A stretch of DNA of 35,710 nt from Octopus bimaculoides (GCF_001194135.2 NC_069000.1:16221364-16257073); one strand, 5' to 3'; shown: positions 1-12,580, counted from the first letter of the stretch. Program-made: numbers and translations. Notes: a model not told the origin generated them from the letters alone.

Positions 1-300
1 GGTTCTCAAAACCTGAAAGAAAAAGGCTGATTAGAAGACTACAGATTCAAACCATCAATGGAATTGTAAAGATATGTAAAACTTTCCAAAAATTTAGCAC
101 ATAAATACATATGCATGCATCTAGACATAAAAACGCATCCATAAAACAAACATACAAATCTGCGCATACACTAACACCAAATACTGCACACACACATATG
201 CACAAATACCTAGATGATGTTGATAAAAGTTCCAATGAAGGAGTCTTGAATCTATGTTAGAGTCCGGCTCTTTCTCTATGGACAAGAAATACAGAAATGA
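1..300 (+). mobile_element. 3' end of a degenerate non-LTR retrotransposon-like repeat, paralogous to 28230-28530
   Basis: ggttctcaaaacctgaaagaaaaaggctgatt and gaaggagtcttgaatctatgttagagtccggct align with 28230-28530. Family not assignable. Confidence 0.5.
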
Positions 301-494
301 AACTGATTGATAACATACATACATACATACATACATATATGACATCCTTTAGAGGCAGCGATAATTTTAATAAACCAAGAATGTATGTATATGAATTACC
401 CGAGAAAGCTTTTGCAAAATTACCTGGCAACACCAGATGCCAGACACGGAGGTCTTCTCTCGAGCTGATCTGCCAAGCAATTGCATACTTCTGA

Positions 495-645
495 GGAGAG
501 CGCAAGACAGATGAACAAACCATTTTTTTTAATGCCTGACACGCTTCTCCACAAGAGACTGTTTTACAGTGAACTGTTGGAAGGTAAGCACACGCAAGGT
601 GGACAGAAAATGCGCTTCAAGGACACTTTTGAGATCAACCCCGAT
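495..645 (+). mobile_element. RTE-clade LINE ORF2 C-terminal fragment
   Basis: Translates KRLFYSELLEGKHTQGGQKMRFKDT, the typical RTE post-RT motif (K-L-YGEL-G-R-GGQ-KR-KD-L). Confidence 0.7.
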
Positions 646-659
646 ACTTCGGAAACGCA

Positions 660-1520
660 TGGTAGGAAAATCATGTACAGTCGGTTTGCAACAGATACGA
701 ACGTCAAGACAGATATTGAAGACCGGTGGTAATGGATACGGAGGAGTGACCTGAAGATAGAGGCAGAAGCGCTTATATGCGCACCGCAAGAACAAGGACG
801 GAGTATGTGAAGTGCAGAATTGACAACACAGGTGAGTGCGACAAATGCAGAATGTGTTTGCTGAGGGGTGAAACGGTGTGAGGGCTGGTACATTGTTAGC
901 GAATGTCCGAAATTGGCACAAAACGATTACAAAAGACGATATAACAATATAGCAAGAATGTATCATTGGGAGCCCTGTGGAAATGCCGGCCGACAAAAAG
1001 ATAGAGATGATATGACGAAATCCCTGAGGGAGTTATCGAGAATGTAGACTACAAAATCCTGTAGGATGCAATGGTTCAGTGTGACCATTTGATCAGACAT
1101 CGGAAAGCTGACATTGTTGTGGTGAGGAAAAAAGAAACAGTCTTGCATGATAATCAACTTAGCATATCCCGGTAGCAACAGGGTGAAAGACAAATAGGAA
1201 AAACTCAACAGTTATGACGATTTGAAGTGGGAAATACGCAAGTTATGGGGAAGAAGAGAGTGGACATGATGCCAGTAATAACTTGCGCGTTTGGATGTAT
1301 CAACACACAACTACCAACATGGCCCAAAAAGATTGGTACAAATGTAAAGATAGAACACCAACAAAATTCATCATTGTTTGGAAATGTAATAGTACTCCAC
1401 AGGATTCTTGAAGCATGATCAGTAAAGTGTCACCGTAGTCTACTGGCTGTGGAAATCTGACACTTTCCATCATACCTAGCAAAATAGGCAGAGAGTTTTA
1501 TTCAAACAATAATAATAATT
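660..1520 (+). mobile_element. Degenerate R4/Dong-like non-LTR retrotransposon 3' end (zinc knuckle plus restriction-like endonuclease)
   Basis: Frameshifted translation gives WIRRSDLKIEAEALICAPQEQ, IVSECPKLAQNDYKRRYNNIARMYHWE, VIENVDYKIL*DAMVQCDHLIRHRKADIVVV, DLKWEIRKLWG and VDMMPVITCAFG..HRILEA* (stop at 1418). An (AAT)n tail follows near 1508-1519. Confidence 0.75.
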
Positions 1521-3179
1521 ACAAATGGCATTGTCAATGAAAATTGCCACAATTGGCCCAGACACCTACCTGTAAAACTCCGAGGACTGGATGTAAAAAC
1601 GTCTCAAAACATGAAAACAAGAAAGCATCATACTCAGTAACAAAATAGGAAAAGGAATATCTAAGTGAATTTCGAATACAACGAATTCATTTTTCGTTAC
1701 CTGAAGTCAATTTCAGAGTGGTCGTACACTGTAAGCACGTAGCAAATACATTCCTTTAACTCTACAAGAAGGTATTATGTTGCTATCTTTGAACGTACCA
1801 ATCATACTGCTCTCCGAAAAAATAGCTCCCTTTGATATTGAATAAAATAAACTTGCAGAGAAGTTTCAACGTTCTCCTTCAATTTTCTTACACCATTTAT
1901 GTGGCTATTTCTGACAAGAAATTTCGCTTTCATGTAAAACAACTATATTTTGTAGTCATTATCTGTAATCTACTTCCAAAACACTTCTATTTTGCATCGT
2001 TTCTCTCTAAATTGAAAAAAACTTTATTTTTTTCAGCTTACTGCCTGATTCAGCGAATCTTTCAAGTAACAGCCAACTCACGTTTTTCCCGGAAATAAAA
2101 TATTTGACGCTACTCTATACATTGAGTGCTTTCNNNNNNNNNNTTTCCCGGAAATAAAATATTTGACGCTACTCTATACATTGAGTGCTTTCTCCAGTTA
2201 CGGCTCGGTGTTTTCTGATGCTGAAAACATTATATGAATGTGTGTGATTGTATGTGTGCAATATATATATGTACATACGTGCCCATGCATATGCATCTAA
2301 ATAGATATAATAAAACAAATTTTCACCTATAAGTACATAGTCTCTATCTTTTTTCCAACTAGAATCTACTTTTCCCAAATTAAGGAAAACATATATAGGA
2401 ATGACACTCTCTTTTACATTGATAGGGGTGGTGTAGCAAAACTAGAAAGTTATAGGAAAATGTCGCTTAAATTCTTCGCAAAGTTTGTTCTATCAGTCAC
2501 AATGGAAACCAATTAAAGATCAGTTCCTTTTCTACATGTACCAGGCTGAAATGTTAAGATTATATGCACCTTACCATAAACCAAACGAGAATCTTAAGAA
2601 CGTTAAAATATTCTCAAATCATCCCTCTGCCATTATAACCTCTATAGTTAATAGCGTTTTGCATAGAATGTCGAAATTGTCTGCGACCATTGAAGTCTTC
2701 GTGTCGAATTCAGGTTATTATAAGAAAGCATTGGATAGAGTGAGAGCTACAAAATATAGTTACATCCAAATTAGTGAATTAGTGTACAATCCATCTTGCA
2801 TGAACTCATGAACTCTACAGTATGACCATCATAATTGTAATGTCCCACAATTGGTAGACAAAAGTAGTAGGTCTTGATGGGGAATTAATGAGGATATAAT
2901 AAACAGTAAGTATGGTTGGAGAAATAGGGTTATAAATGATATGCGATACTATAAGAGACATACTAGCGGAACCGGATACTTTGGCTATAAGTAATACCGA
3001 GAGAGGGAAAAGAATGGAAATGGAGAGATAGTAAGACATGACAGGGAACGAAAAAGTTTAGGTAACAGAAAGACATCAAACAGGTATTATATAAAGACAA
3101 CCTTAGATAGTGTTGTAAATTATAATAAAATGAAAAACAAATGTTGCTGTATTAGTAAAGACACAACGCCTTACAGAAT

Positions 3180-4990
3180 TTTTCTTTGCTTCGATAAAAG
3201 AAAACTCAGAGGCTAATGATGAAGAATCAGTACCACATGTCCCTTGTGAGGAAGCAGTCGCACTCCCAAGTACATCTGCAGAAAGCAGGAAGAGCATATC
3301 ACCTCAAAATATTGATGACGAAGAACCATCATCTCCTACTGTCATGGATAGTAAAACGGCATTATGGGATCCAGACCCAGCCATGTGGTTTTCTGCCAGA
3401 GAAAAGTATGTATCTATGTTCTTTCAGACAAAATCAACCATATGTTAAAATAAAAATGACTCCGGTTCTTACTTAGAATTTCGACGCCATTATCAATCAG
3501 GTGAAGATAAACTGGTTGGGCACTACCGTTATTATAAAAATTCAATGTTTTATATAATTCATGAAAATGGTGAGCAGCTTTTAAGAAAGTGGCTCCTACA
3601 CAGCTGATTGAAAGGTGCAGTTTATTGCTTTTACTGCACCTTGATGTCAAGCCAACGTGACAAATTTTCCAACGAGGATAGCTTTAACGATTAGAAAAAA
3701 AGCAAAGGAGAAAATGAAAACAAATGAACAAAGTCAAGGCCAGAGAGATTCTGTGTTGAAGTTCAACCTCTTATGTAGGGAATTTTCTCATGTTAACAAG
3801 GAGTTGGAAAAACAAATCCAAGAAAGCAAGAAATATTGGACTGAAGTATTGCGCCGAGTTGTGGATGTGACAATATTTCTAGCTGAGAGAGGTCTGGCAT
3901 TTAGAGGTAGTAAAGAGATAATAGGCTCTAAACATAATGGGAATTTTCTAGGAATTATGAAACTTATAGCACAATTTGATCCATTTCTAATGGGCGATTT
4001 GAAAATATTTGGCAATCCTGGAAGTGGTAAGTAGCCATACTTGACACCTACCATCTACGAAGAAATTGTTCTGTTGATGGCAAAATATGTCAAGAATTAT
4101 ATTGTTGCAGAACTTAAATCTGTCAAGTATTTCTCAGTTTCTGTAGATTCAACACCAAAATGGGCTCATGTTGACCAACTAACAGTTATTGTGCGTTATG
4201 TATTTCTGGTAAGTCAATAGAAAGGTTTTTAACTTTCCTGCAAACTGCTTCCCACAAAGCGGAAATACTGGCAGCATCTTTCTTAGAATTCCTAAAAAAA
4301 GAGGGTATAAATTTTGAAGACCGCAGGGGACAGTCCTATGACGACGCCAGTAATATGTCCGGTCATTATACAGGAATGCAAGCCAGGCTCAAAGAAAAGA
4401 ATCCGGCTGTAGTTTTCATTCCCTGTGCTGCTCATTCGTTGAATCTTGTTGGACAAGCTGCTGCTTCTTGCTGTGTTGAAGCTGTTAACTGTTTTGGTTT
4501 CATACAAACGTTATATACCTCTTTTTCTGCGTCAACGCACAGAGGGGCAAATTTAATGAAATCGTTGGAAGACAATAAAAGAGAGCTAACTTTGAAGTCC
4601 TTGTCAGAAACACATTGGTCAGCAAGATCTGATGCTACTGAAGCCACCGTTGATGGATACAGTTCCAAAATGCACTCAAAGATATTGAAGATGATCTTGA
4701 GCATACACCTGAAGCAAGATATGAAGCTCAGACATTGGCAGACAAAATGGATAGTCTTGAAATTGCTCTGATGGCTAACGTTCGGCATATAGTTCTTGTA
4801 CGGTTTAACAGTACAAGTAAAGATTTTCAAGGAGTTGAAGTTGGTTTGAATAAAGTGATTGATCTTATGTTTTTTTTTGTGGGAAAAGCTTTCTGAAATC
4901 GCTTCGAGATAGGTATGAAGAATTGGAACTGGATGCCGGGAGCATGTGTGGAAACACAGAGTATAAAGTAACAATAGGTAGACCAACGAG
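3180..4990 (+). mobile_element. Decayed hAT-superfamily transposase (DUF4371/ZMYM1-like group)
   Basis: Motifs WDPDPAMW, RKWLLHS..VYCFYC (TTF-type zinc finger), FLAERGLAFRGS..NGNFLG, YFSVSVDSTP..DQLTVIVRYV, RGQSYDDASNMSG, CAAHSLNL (CxxH) and LSETHWSAR. Multiple stops and frameshifts; TIRs not located. Confidence 0.9.
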
Positions 4991-5099
4991 GGTCAGCAGT
5001 AAAGTGCGCGGTTGATAAATGGCTGATGGAAATGACGGCACTCATTGTTGGCTATGCATTTGCCAGAGTGAGCTTCATTGAAATATGTTACAACAAAAT

Positions 5100-5400
5100 C
5101 CAGCTGTGAAAAGACGAACTGAGAACTCTCAAGAAGCTTTACAAAGGATCCAATGAAGGGGAACACCAACCCACTAAACAGAGCTATGAAACATTCTGAG
5201 AAAGAAGTTGATAGCATGTCACTGAGCACAGTGTGATAGAATTCGAAGAGAAAGTAACCAATGAACGTACCGTTTTCAGTCCCAACCTCTACCGCTGCAC
5301 CATTAAGTTACTTGGTGATATGTGTAGCAGCAACCCCGAATGCTCGGTACCGGAAGTAAATGCCTTTCTTCTTAACTATTTAGGTGACCTTGCAATAAAA
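5100..5400 (+). mobile_element. Hero/NeSL-like non-LTR retrotransposon fragment, paralogous to 30835-31100
   Basis: Both copies read roughly LRT(L/F)KK.YK.S.EEE ... ERTVF.PNL..T.KLLGDMCSSNPECS, resembling the pre-RT region of Hero-type elements as I recall them. Confidence 0.45.
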
Positions 5401-5634
5401 AAGGAACGGTGACAGTATATATAAACCTGAAGGCTCTCAGCTCCCCGCAATAAAGATCAAGCTTGGACAAGATATAATTCTGATGACCCTACTCCACCAC
5501 CACCACCACCACCACCACCACCACCATCCACACCGATTCATTTTGTCATTAACCAACCGAGTTGGAACAAATCTTAGGAAGTTGTTAATGCAGCAAGGTC
5601 AGCCTCTACAGTCAGGGCCCAGAGGATTCTAGGG

Positions 5635-6167
5635 TTGAAAAATCAATTAGAAAAAATACCAATCAACTATAGTAAAAAAAAAAATGTTTTTACCGTTTCT
5701 CACTTTTCTCCTTTTCTCTCTTTCTCTTTCTCCTTTTCTCTCTTTCTCTTTCTCCTTTTCTCTCTTTCTCTTTCTCCTTCTCTTCTCTCTTGGCGTCTTT
5801 TATGTCCTTTCATTCTAACACTTCCCTGTCAATCTTCTTTACTCACTTTCTCACTTTCACTTCCATTTTTCGTTCTCTCTTTCTTAATCACAATACTTCC
5901 CCTCACTCGTTCTGTCAATATATTGAAATTCATACTCTTCCTTTCCCCCTCTTTGCTTCTGTGTGTGTGTGTGTGTGTGTGTGTGTTTGTTTGTGTTTGT
6001 GTGTGCATCGTGCGGTCTTTACTTTCTATTAGACTGTTTGCTATATGTTCTACCTGCCATTTCAAAGCAACAGAGAACGAGCGAGCAAGCGAGAGAAAGA
6101 GAGAGAGGGGGGTGAGGGAGAGACACAAACAGAAACAGAGAGAGATGGAGAAAGACAGAGAAAAAGA

Positions 6168-6202
<35 letters not shown>

Positions 6203-6350
6203 AAGTAACAGAAAGATTGAACACTATCAACCTCGCTCACTTCAAATTTCACTCTCCCTCTCATTCACGCTTACATATACATATATATATTGTACTCTTG
6301 CTCTCCATTTTTGTTGTGTTTGACCATTTCGACTAAACATTTTGATTCAG
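5635..6350 (+). promoter_or_regulatory. Conserved upstream block of gene 1 (putative promoter or non-coding first exon/intron)
   Basis: Blocks aaaataccaa..tagtaaaaaa..ttttaccgtttctc and ttcttaatcacaatacttc recur at about 18440-18740 and 31270-31590. They are followed by CT-rich and (GT)n tracts, and by a GA tract where not in a gap. Confidence 0.45.
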
Positions 6351-6434
6351 ACACATCTTTTCGTAATATTTCTGGTTGCTGGAAGCCGACGATCATTTCT
6401 CTTTCTGCTTTATACTTCTCTATAAAGATCAGCG

Positions 6435-6483
6435 ATGCTGTTAGCTATGATGATACTGATGATGGCTTCTTACAGTTCGGCCT
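6435..6483 (+). CDS. Gene 1 signal-peptide exon (MLLAMMILMMASYSSA)
   Basis: ATG at 6435 with an in-frame TAA upstream (6423-6425); phase-1 donor T|GTAAGT. Same-length paralogs at 19652-19700 and 32097-32145. Confidence 0.85.
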
Positions 6484-7612
6484 GTAAGTTAATACTAGGA
6501 AAAATAACATTTTCTTCAGTTACAACATTGAATCTTCCTGTGCTAGTTAGATAACATACTTTGATCGGGGTGGCGTGAGTATGTGTGCATGTCTATTATG
6601 TTGTTTGCAAGTAGTAACTGAAACGAGAAAATATGTGCAGAGTAAACATAGAGTCAATTACAGTTGCGTTTTTTTTCTTTCTAATACTTCATATTGTTTT
6701 CGTCGAAGAAGCGTTTAACGCATATCCATTACACACGAAAAATAGTTTTTTTTTTACTTCATATTTCAACTGATTCTTCATTTAAAGCCATTGTCGCGTG
6801 ACAGTGTTCTAAAGTTTTGCATACATGCATACATACATACATACATACATACATACATACATACATACATACATACATACAGAGGCGGAAATAATTCTAA
6901 CCGTATGGCGTTTCATTTGTATTTGTCTAGTTGTTCAAATATATATCAATGGCTACTGTCTTGGCTTACTATTGTCTGAGCCCTTTCAATCTAACCTCCA
7001 CAAAAATCATGTTCGTGTTACATCATAGCTATTTCATCTCAACTGGTCTTTCCTTAACATCATGCCAAGACACAAAAGGGAAATGAAAGATCTCATAACA
7101 CACAAACGTTTCCTGAACGAATGAATATCTTCCAAAAATTCCAAATAAATCATTTACACTCGAATGTATCTCTGCAAACAATAACTCTTTACTGAAAATG
7201 CATGATGCCCATAGAACGGTTATAATATGAAACATCATGAAACGTCTTTTGCAGGTGGTGCTGTTAAGCTAGTCATATCGTGTGCTAATTCTGCCCGAAA
7301 AATATTTTAAAGTTATAGGACAATAAAGTATTTAGATAAAGATAGTCACGGCTGGTTCATAGAGTTACCCAGGATTTCGCGTCCATACAGAACATGGCTT
7401 TACATAAGTATCGGCAGACCCTAATAGCCGGTGACTATGGTTTGACGAGANNNNNNNNNNACATAAGTATCGGCAGACCCTAATAGCCGGTGACTATGGT
7501 TTGACGAGACGTATCTAAATCCAAGCATTTTATAGATGCGAAAACCTGGGTCACCCTATGAAACGGCCATCAACATCTTTATCTAAATGCACGCAAACAC
7601 ACAGACACACAG

Positions 7613-7669
<57 letters not shown>

Positions 7670-7741
7670 CACATACATGCACACACACACACACACATTT
7701 CAGTATGTATGCATGCATACATGTATGTATGTATTTATATA

Positions 7742-7772
<31 letters not shown>

Positions 7773-7859
7773 ATTTGCGTATACGTATGTATGTATCTAT
7801 GTATAAATACATGAATATAAATATGTATACGTACATGCTTGCAATATGATGTTTGCTCC

Positions 7860-8020
7860 ATCTTCACAGATGATTGCTGTATTGCCATCACTTTCAGCAG
7901 ATGATATGAGGAATGAGGTCACCATAAAAAACATCGGTAAATTATTGGATTATACTGATAAACACTTGTATAATACGAATACCGTTACCTCAGTCTCCGT
8001 GATTAGTACCATATCACAGG
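7860..8020 (-). mobile_element. Degenerate RTE-like LINE fragment
   Basis: Minus strand reads L*YGTNHGD*GNGIRIIQVFISIIQ, resembling the RTE motif LLYG.ETW..IR.IQVFIN. Confidence 0.4.
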
Positions 8021-8289
8021 CCAAAGCCAGATGACCAATTAGTACGTGAATATGAAATGCAGAATCGAGCAGATTAACAAAAGTGAATTGCTTGATAAGT
8101 GCGTTGGAGTAAGAAAGGTGTGACAGATAATGAGATAGGGAACTTGTTTGACATAGAGTATCATTTCAGCACAGGAAAGGTGGATAAAGGTAACAGGATA
8201 CCGCAAAAAACTGACGGAAGAATGCATGTTAGAATGTAAGTTATGGGAGAAAGCATAACAGAACTTCAAACACAGTAAAATGCCTAGCC

Positions 8290-8470
8290 ACAAGGTCCCC
8301 TGCCACCTCTTAAAGAGAGGTTCAACATCTTGAGGTCATTCTTCACCACTTCATATCACGTCTTCCTGGATTTCTTTCTTCCATAGGCACTTTCCATAGT
8401 AATCTTTATACAACTGTCTTCATTAATCTGCATCCCATGGCCATACCTGCTCAATCGTCTATCCTGTTTA
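8290..8470 (-). mobile_element. RTE-like LINE 3' fragment
   Basis: Minus strand reads RRLSRYGHGMQINEDSCIK..RKT*YEVVKNDLKMLNL, matching RRLRW.GHV.RM..RPRKTW...V..DL. Confidence 0.65.
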
Positions 8471-8832
8471 CCACGTGATTCCTTTTATGTTCAGTTTTTT
8501 TTTCTCTCTCAGCGCATTTGTACTTTGTCGTACATGCACACTGCAGTTGCTCATCCATCAGAGTACGCTACTTTTATATCTTTCGATTCTTCTGCATCCA
8601 CAAATTTCACTTCTTCGTAGCATTGCTACTTGTACAGAGGCATTATACAATCTATCTTTCAGTCTAGAAATGATGCCTTTTGTTACCAACAGCGAAAACC
8701 ATTTATTCACCATGAATAACTTGTCGTATCTTTTATATGTATGTGAGTTAGTGGAAAAAATCTGGAGCTCAATTTGTGTGTAGTTGAGGTCTCTTTCGTT
8801 ATTTTGAACTTGTATGTGTGTACGTACAAGTA

Positions 8833-8869
<37 letters not shown>

Positions 8870-9119
8870 NNNNNNNNNNNNNNNNNNNNNNNNNNNNNNN
8901 NNNNNNNNNNNNNNNNNNNNNNNNNNNNNNNNNNNNNNNNNNNNNNNNNNNNNNNNNNNNNNNGTGTGTGTGTGTGTGTGTGTGTACAATAGTACATATA
9001 ACAAAAAAATGAAAACCTACAAGAATTTATTAGTGGATAATGTAATCATATATGTAATACATATTTAAATGAACACCCGTCATTTTTATTGGTTTACATT
9101 TTCTTCTCTTTCTTCTCCT

Positions 9120-9192
9120 CATCTTTCTTCTTCTTCTTCTTCTTCTTCTTCTTCTTCTTCTTCTTCTTCTTCTTCTTCTTCTTCTTCTTCTT
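9120..9192 (+). repeat. (CTT)n microsatellite upstream of the gene 1 Ig1 acceptor
   Basis: Direct reading; equivalent tracts lie at about 21565-21610 and 34195-34500. Confidence 0.9.
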
Positions 9193-9258
9193 CTACAACT
9201 ATTTTTACATTTATTTGATAAAAACTATCTCTTTATTGTTGTTTTTTTTTCTATACAG

Positions 9259-9582
9259 ATGTGAGGATTGAAAACATCTACCCTTCCAAAATTATTAATT
9301 TGGGAGACAATTCTGGAATAATTATAGAATGTCAATATAATGTGAGAAATTTTAAGAACCTCCTTCTCATGAAAAGCTACAGCAAAGTCGTTTTCAAAAT
9401 TGATTATGACAAGGAAAAGGATATCTATGCGAAAACAATCCGGAAGGATGGTTTCGACTGTACTTCGATTAATAGTAATGAAGGGCAGATTATTTGCTGG
9501 AAATTGAATCCCACTTGCGAGGATGCGACAACCTATACATGTAGTTCAGCTACCGAATTTTCAAAACCTAAGACTTTAAAAG
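9259..9582 (+). CDS. Gene 1 Ig-like domain 1 exon (atypical V/I-set, 5 Cys)
   Basis: TACAG|AT acceptor and G|GTCAGT donor; 324 nt, phase 1-1, no stops. IIECQY (B strand) and EDATTYTC (DxxxYxC, F strand). Same length in all three paralogs. Confidence 0.92.
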
Positions 9583-10039
9583 GTCAGTTTTAGTAGTCCA
9601 TATTTTTTTTAAAATTTATTCAGCTCCGTTGACATTAATTTTATTTCTATTGCATGTTAATCACACCAATGCTAATTTTCATAATGTTGTTAAAATATAT
9701 TACATTTCTATTCTTTGTTAAATTAATTTTTATAACACCTTGGTCATGCAAAGTAGGTTTCATCTCAGTCGAAGTGAATTTATAGTATTTGTTAGACATG
9801 TCTCAACAATCCTCCTTTGAACTTTAAACACATCATATCACTTTCATACCAGTTGCTGCAGATTGTCTGCCTTTCGTTACTATGGTGTATTATTACATAC
9901 ATATTATTACTAACATACAGAGTGCATTGGAAACACTTTCTTGAGAGAATCAATAGCTCAGTTTTTACAACACATACTCTCATCCCTGCCTTGCTGTACT
10001 CAATAGCGAGTCCATTCAGAGATCATGAATGTTGGGTAA

Positions 10040-10430
10040 TGATTGAAAGAATATGATCGTGAATAAAAGTCGCCGAAATCAGGTTACTCCGAAGGTTGTA
10101 TGAAGTAACGTTTCTCGACAGGGTGCGTAGTTAACCGATCAGGGAGTCTCTCCAAATATCTCGCAGTGTGAGATCACAGCACCAGTGCTATAGACATATG
10201 ATTAGACTGTCGTAGGAAAGAATCATTAGATGGATTCTTCAAGCCGAGCCAAACGGCAAGAGATCTTGGATTATATAAAAATAATCTTAGTTAGACACGA
10301 TTGGGGATCCAACTGGAAAACCTAATGAGGGATACAATGGGGGAGGTGACTACTGACTCAACCCCCACGGCCCTTCCAGGAATAGTGGACGGAAAAAATA
10401 GGTGGATGGAGTCATGATAACAAAACAGGG
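10040..10430 (+). mobile_element. RTE-like LINE 3' end
   Basis: Reads RIKVAEIRLLRRLYEVTFLDRVRS..IRESL..YRHMIRLS.ERIIRWILQAEPNGKR, typical of RTE C-termini. Confidence 0.65.
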
Positions 10431-10749
10431 TTCTTGACCACTTACCTATGTTGAACGAGTATATACGAGTGTGTCAGTATGTATGTATATAAGTATGTGT
10501 GTATGTAAATGTATGCATGTCTACATGTATATATATTTGTGCGTCTGTGTGTAAATATATATGTATCTGTGTGTATATATATATATATATATATNNNNNN
10601 NNNNNNNNNNNNNNNNNNNNNNNNNNNNNNNNNNNNNNNNNNNNNNNNNNNNNNNNNNNNNNNNNNNNNNNNNNNNNNNNNNNNNNNNNNNTATATACAC
10701 ATTTACTTGACTCCATACAGCCTTAGCACTGCCTTTACTAAAAAGTTAA

Positions 10750-11580
10750 ATAGTTGAACACTTCTAAGCACCAGTTCACAAGGTCCAGTAATAAGAATAG
10801 TTGGTGTGTTGTTAAACGTTTAGTTGTGTATGAAGATTGTAGTTTATATTAGTGAAATCGCCTGATCTGTTATTGTGAGACCCTTTTTTCGAGGATTTAC
10901 ATATTTTGAATTGTTTCCTTTTCAGTAAAATCTTACATAAAGAGTCTGGACCTTCTTACCTCGCCCGTTTACGTGAACAAGTTAGCAATCTTCAGATGTA
11001 CAGCATATATCGGTGCACCCTATGGTATTACTGACTTAGTATGGTTTGAACGAAAGCACAATGACACAAATATACGTGTGAAAAAAGTAAACGTTCAATC
11101 ACATGGCAAGTGTTTAGTTCCAGTAGTGTCAATTTATAATTATACTGTAAAAGAGGGGGACGTTGATGAAACAGAAATCTCGTGTTTTGTGAACGGTGCA
11201 TCAATGACTAAATTACTCATCAACAAAACAGGTAGATGATTTTTTTTATCTTCCTTAACGCTTTAACATATTTTTGTCCTTTCACGTCTTATTCAGCGCT
11301 AATGCGGCTTCTCCTGAAACAATATTTCTGGTTCAATTATACCTTCCAATGGATTTGTACATCCACCCACGGTTACATTGACAAGTATATTTATCCTTGA
11401 TAGTTGAACACTTCTAAGCACCAGTTCACAAGGTCCAGTAATAAGAATAGTTGGTGTGTTGTTAAACGTTTAGTTGTGTATGAAGATTGTAGTTTATATT
11501 AGTGAAATCGCCTGATCTGTTATTGTGAGACCCTTTTTTCGAGGATTTACATATTTTGAATTGTTTCCTTTTCAGTAAAA
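10750..11580 (+). repeat. Exact 181-bp direct repeat (10750-10930 = 11400-11580) bracketing the gene 1 Ig2 exon
   Basis: Base-by-base identical; includes the polypyrimidine tract, AG and first 5 exon bases of the Ig2 acceptor. Confidence 0.95.
10926..11231 (+). CDS. Gene 1 Ig-like domain 2 exon (C2/I-like, 3 Cys)
   Basis: TTTCAG|TA acceptor and G|GTAGAT donor; 306 nt, phase 1-1. Motifs IFRCTAYIG, DLVWFE and EISC; sequons NDT, NYT, NKT. Paralog at 23804-24106. Confidence 0.92.
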
Positions 11581-12335
11581 CCAAGTTTATATATTTGCAT
11601 TTCACGATTCTGGATACATTTAGTTGAGATAAGAAGCTGCTTCCTGTAAGAGCCCTGCATCCACAAATACATTCCATATTCCATGATCTGAATAACATCT
11701 TACTTATGGCGGAAATTGTAGTGGAAAAGTCGCGTACAAGCACGGAAAAGCGAACTTTCTTATAGATACATACACACATATGCACGAGCGCAGTACTCAC
11801 AAACGTACGCATGTACACAAGCACTCATATATGCACATACTCACGTACGTACGCATGTACACATGCACGCATATATGAACGTACTCACGTACGTACTCAC
11901 GCATGCATGCACACGTGTTTAGTTAAAATTGGTTCCAGCAATTTGACAAAAGGAAAATACTTCATAAGAGTGCTTCAGTTTATCTGACTGACATAATTTA
12001 ATACTAGTACATATTTCAGAGTTGAAGAGCTAGTGGTAGGAAAATGTATTGCGTGGCAAAGAAATAAACAAAGACATCTATAAAGAAAAATTTTCAATAC
12101 CAGTATAAAAGATTTATATTTAAAAAGTAACAAAATTTATAGACTGAATTTCTGTTCAAGATCCAATTTTGATCATAGCTTTCGATTGTACCTCTTGTCA
12201 TACATATACACATTTTGCTTTGATTTCACTTTCCAATTGGCTGGGAAAAGAGCTGCTTTGAAAACTAAGATAAAAACTTAAATGTTATATTTCCATATAT
12301 TATTTTGTTTAAAATTTTTTAATTGTTATTTATAG

Positions 12336-12374
12336 AAATTGAAGAGGAACGACGCGGAGAAACAAATACTATAG
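12336..12374 (+). CDS. Gene 1 stalk micro-exon a (E)IEEERRGETNTI
   Basis: TATAG|AA acceptor and G|GTATCT donor; 39 nt, phase 1-1. Same length as 14209-14247 and 25225-25263. Confidence 0.72.
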   Translation, partial: KLKRNDAEKQIL

Positions 12375-12580
12375 GTATCTTTTATCCTTTCACTTTTGCT
12401 TCCTTCAGTTATTATACTGTGGCCTTGCTGGAGCACTGTCATAGATGGTTTTCGTCGAACAAATCGACAGCAGTACTTATTGTATCGTTCTCTATTGCTG
12501 AACTGATAAACTGCTGGCGCGTAAACAAATCAACACTGGTTCTTCAGTGGTGGTCGGGAACACACACTGGGACACACTCA
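12375..12580 (-). mobile_element. Old antisense tRNA-SINE 3' part directly after the micro-exon donor (also 14248-14450 and 25264-25470)
   Basis: actgtggccttgctggagcac..tcgaacaaatcgacagcagtacttatt aligns with the young SINE at 22718-22880. Confidence 0.7.

Noticed and set aside
2085-2192. 49-bp direct repeat
   Set aside because: It flanks a 10-N gap exactly, so it is a contig-overlap artefact.
3657-4771. ORFs resembling a host ZMYM1-like gene
   Set aside because: Stops and frameshifts run through the catalytic region; this is a dead hAT transposase.
7402-7509. 49-bp direct repeat
   Set aside because: Same length and same 10-N gap pattern; an assembly artefact.
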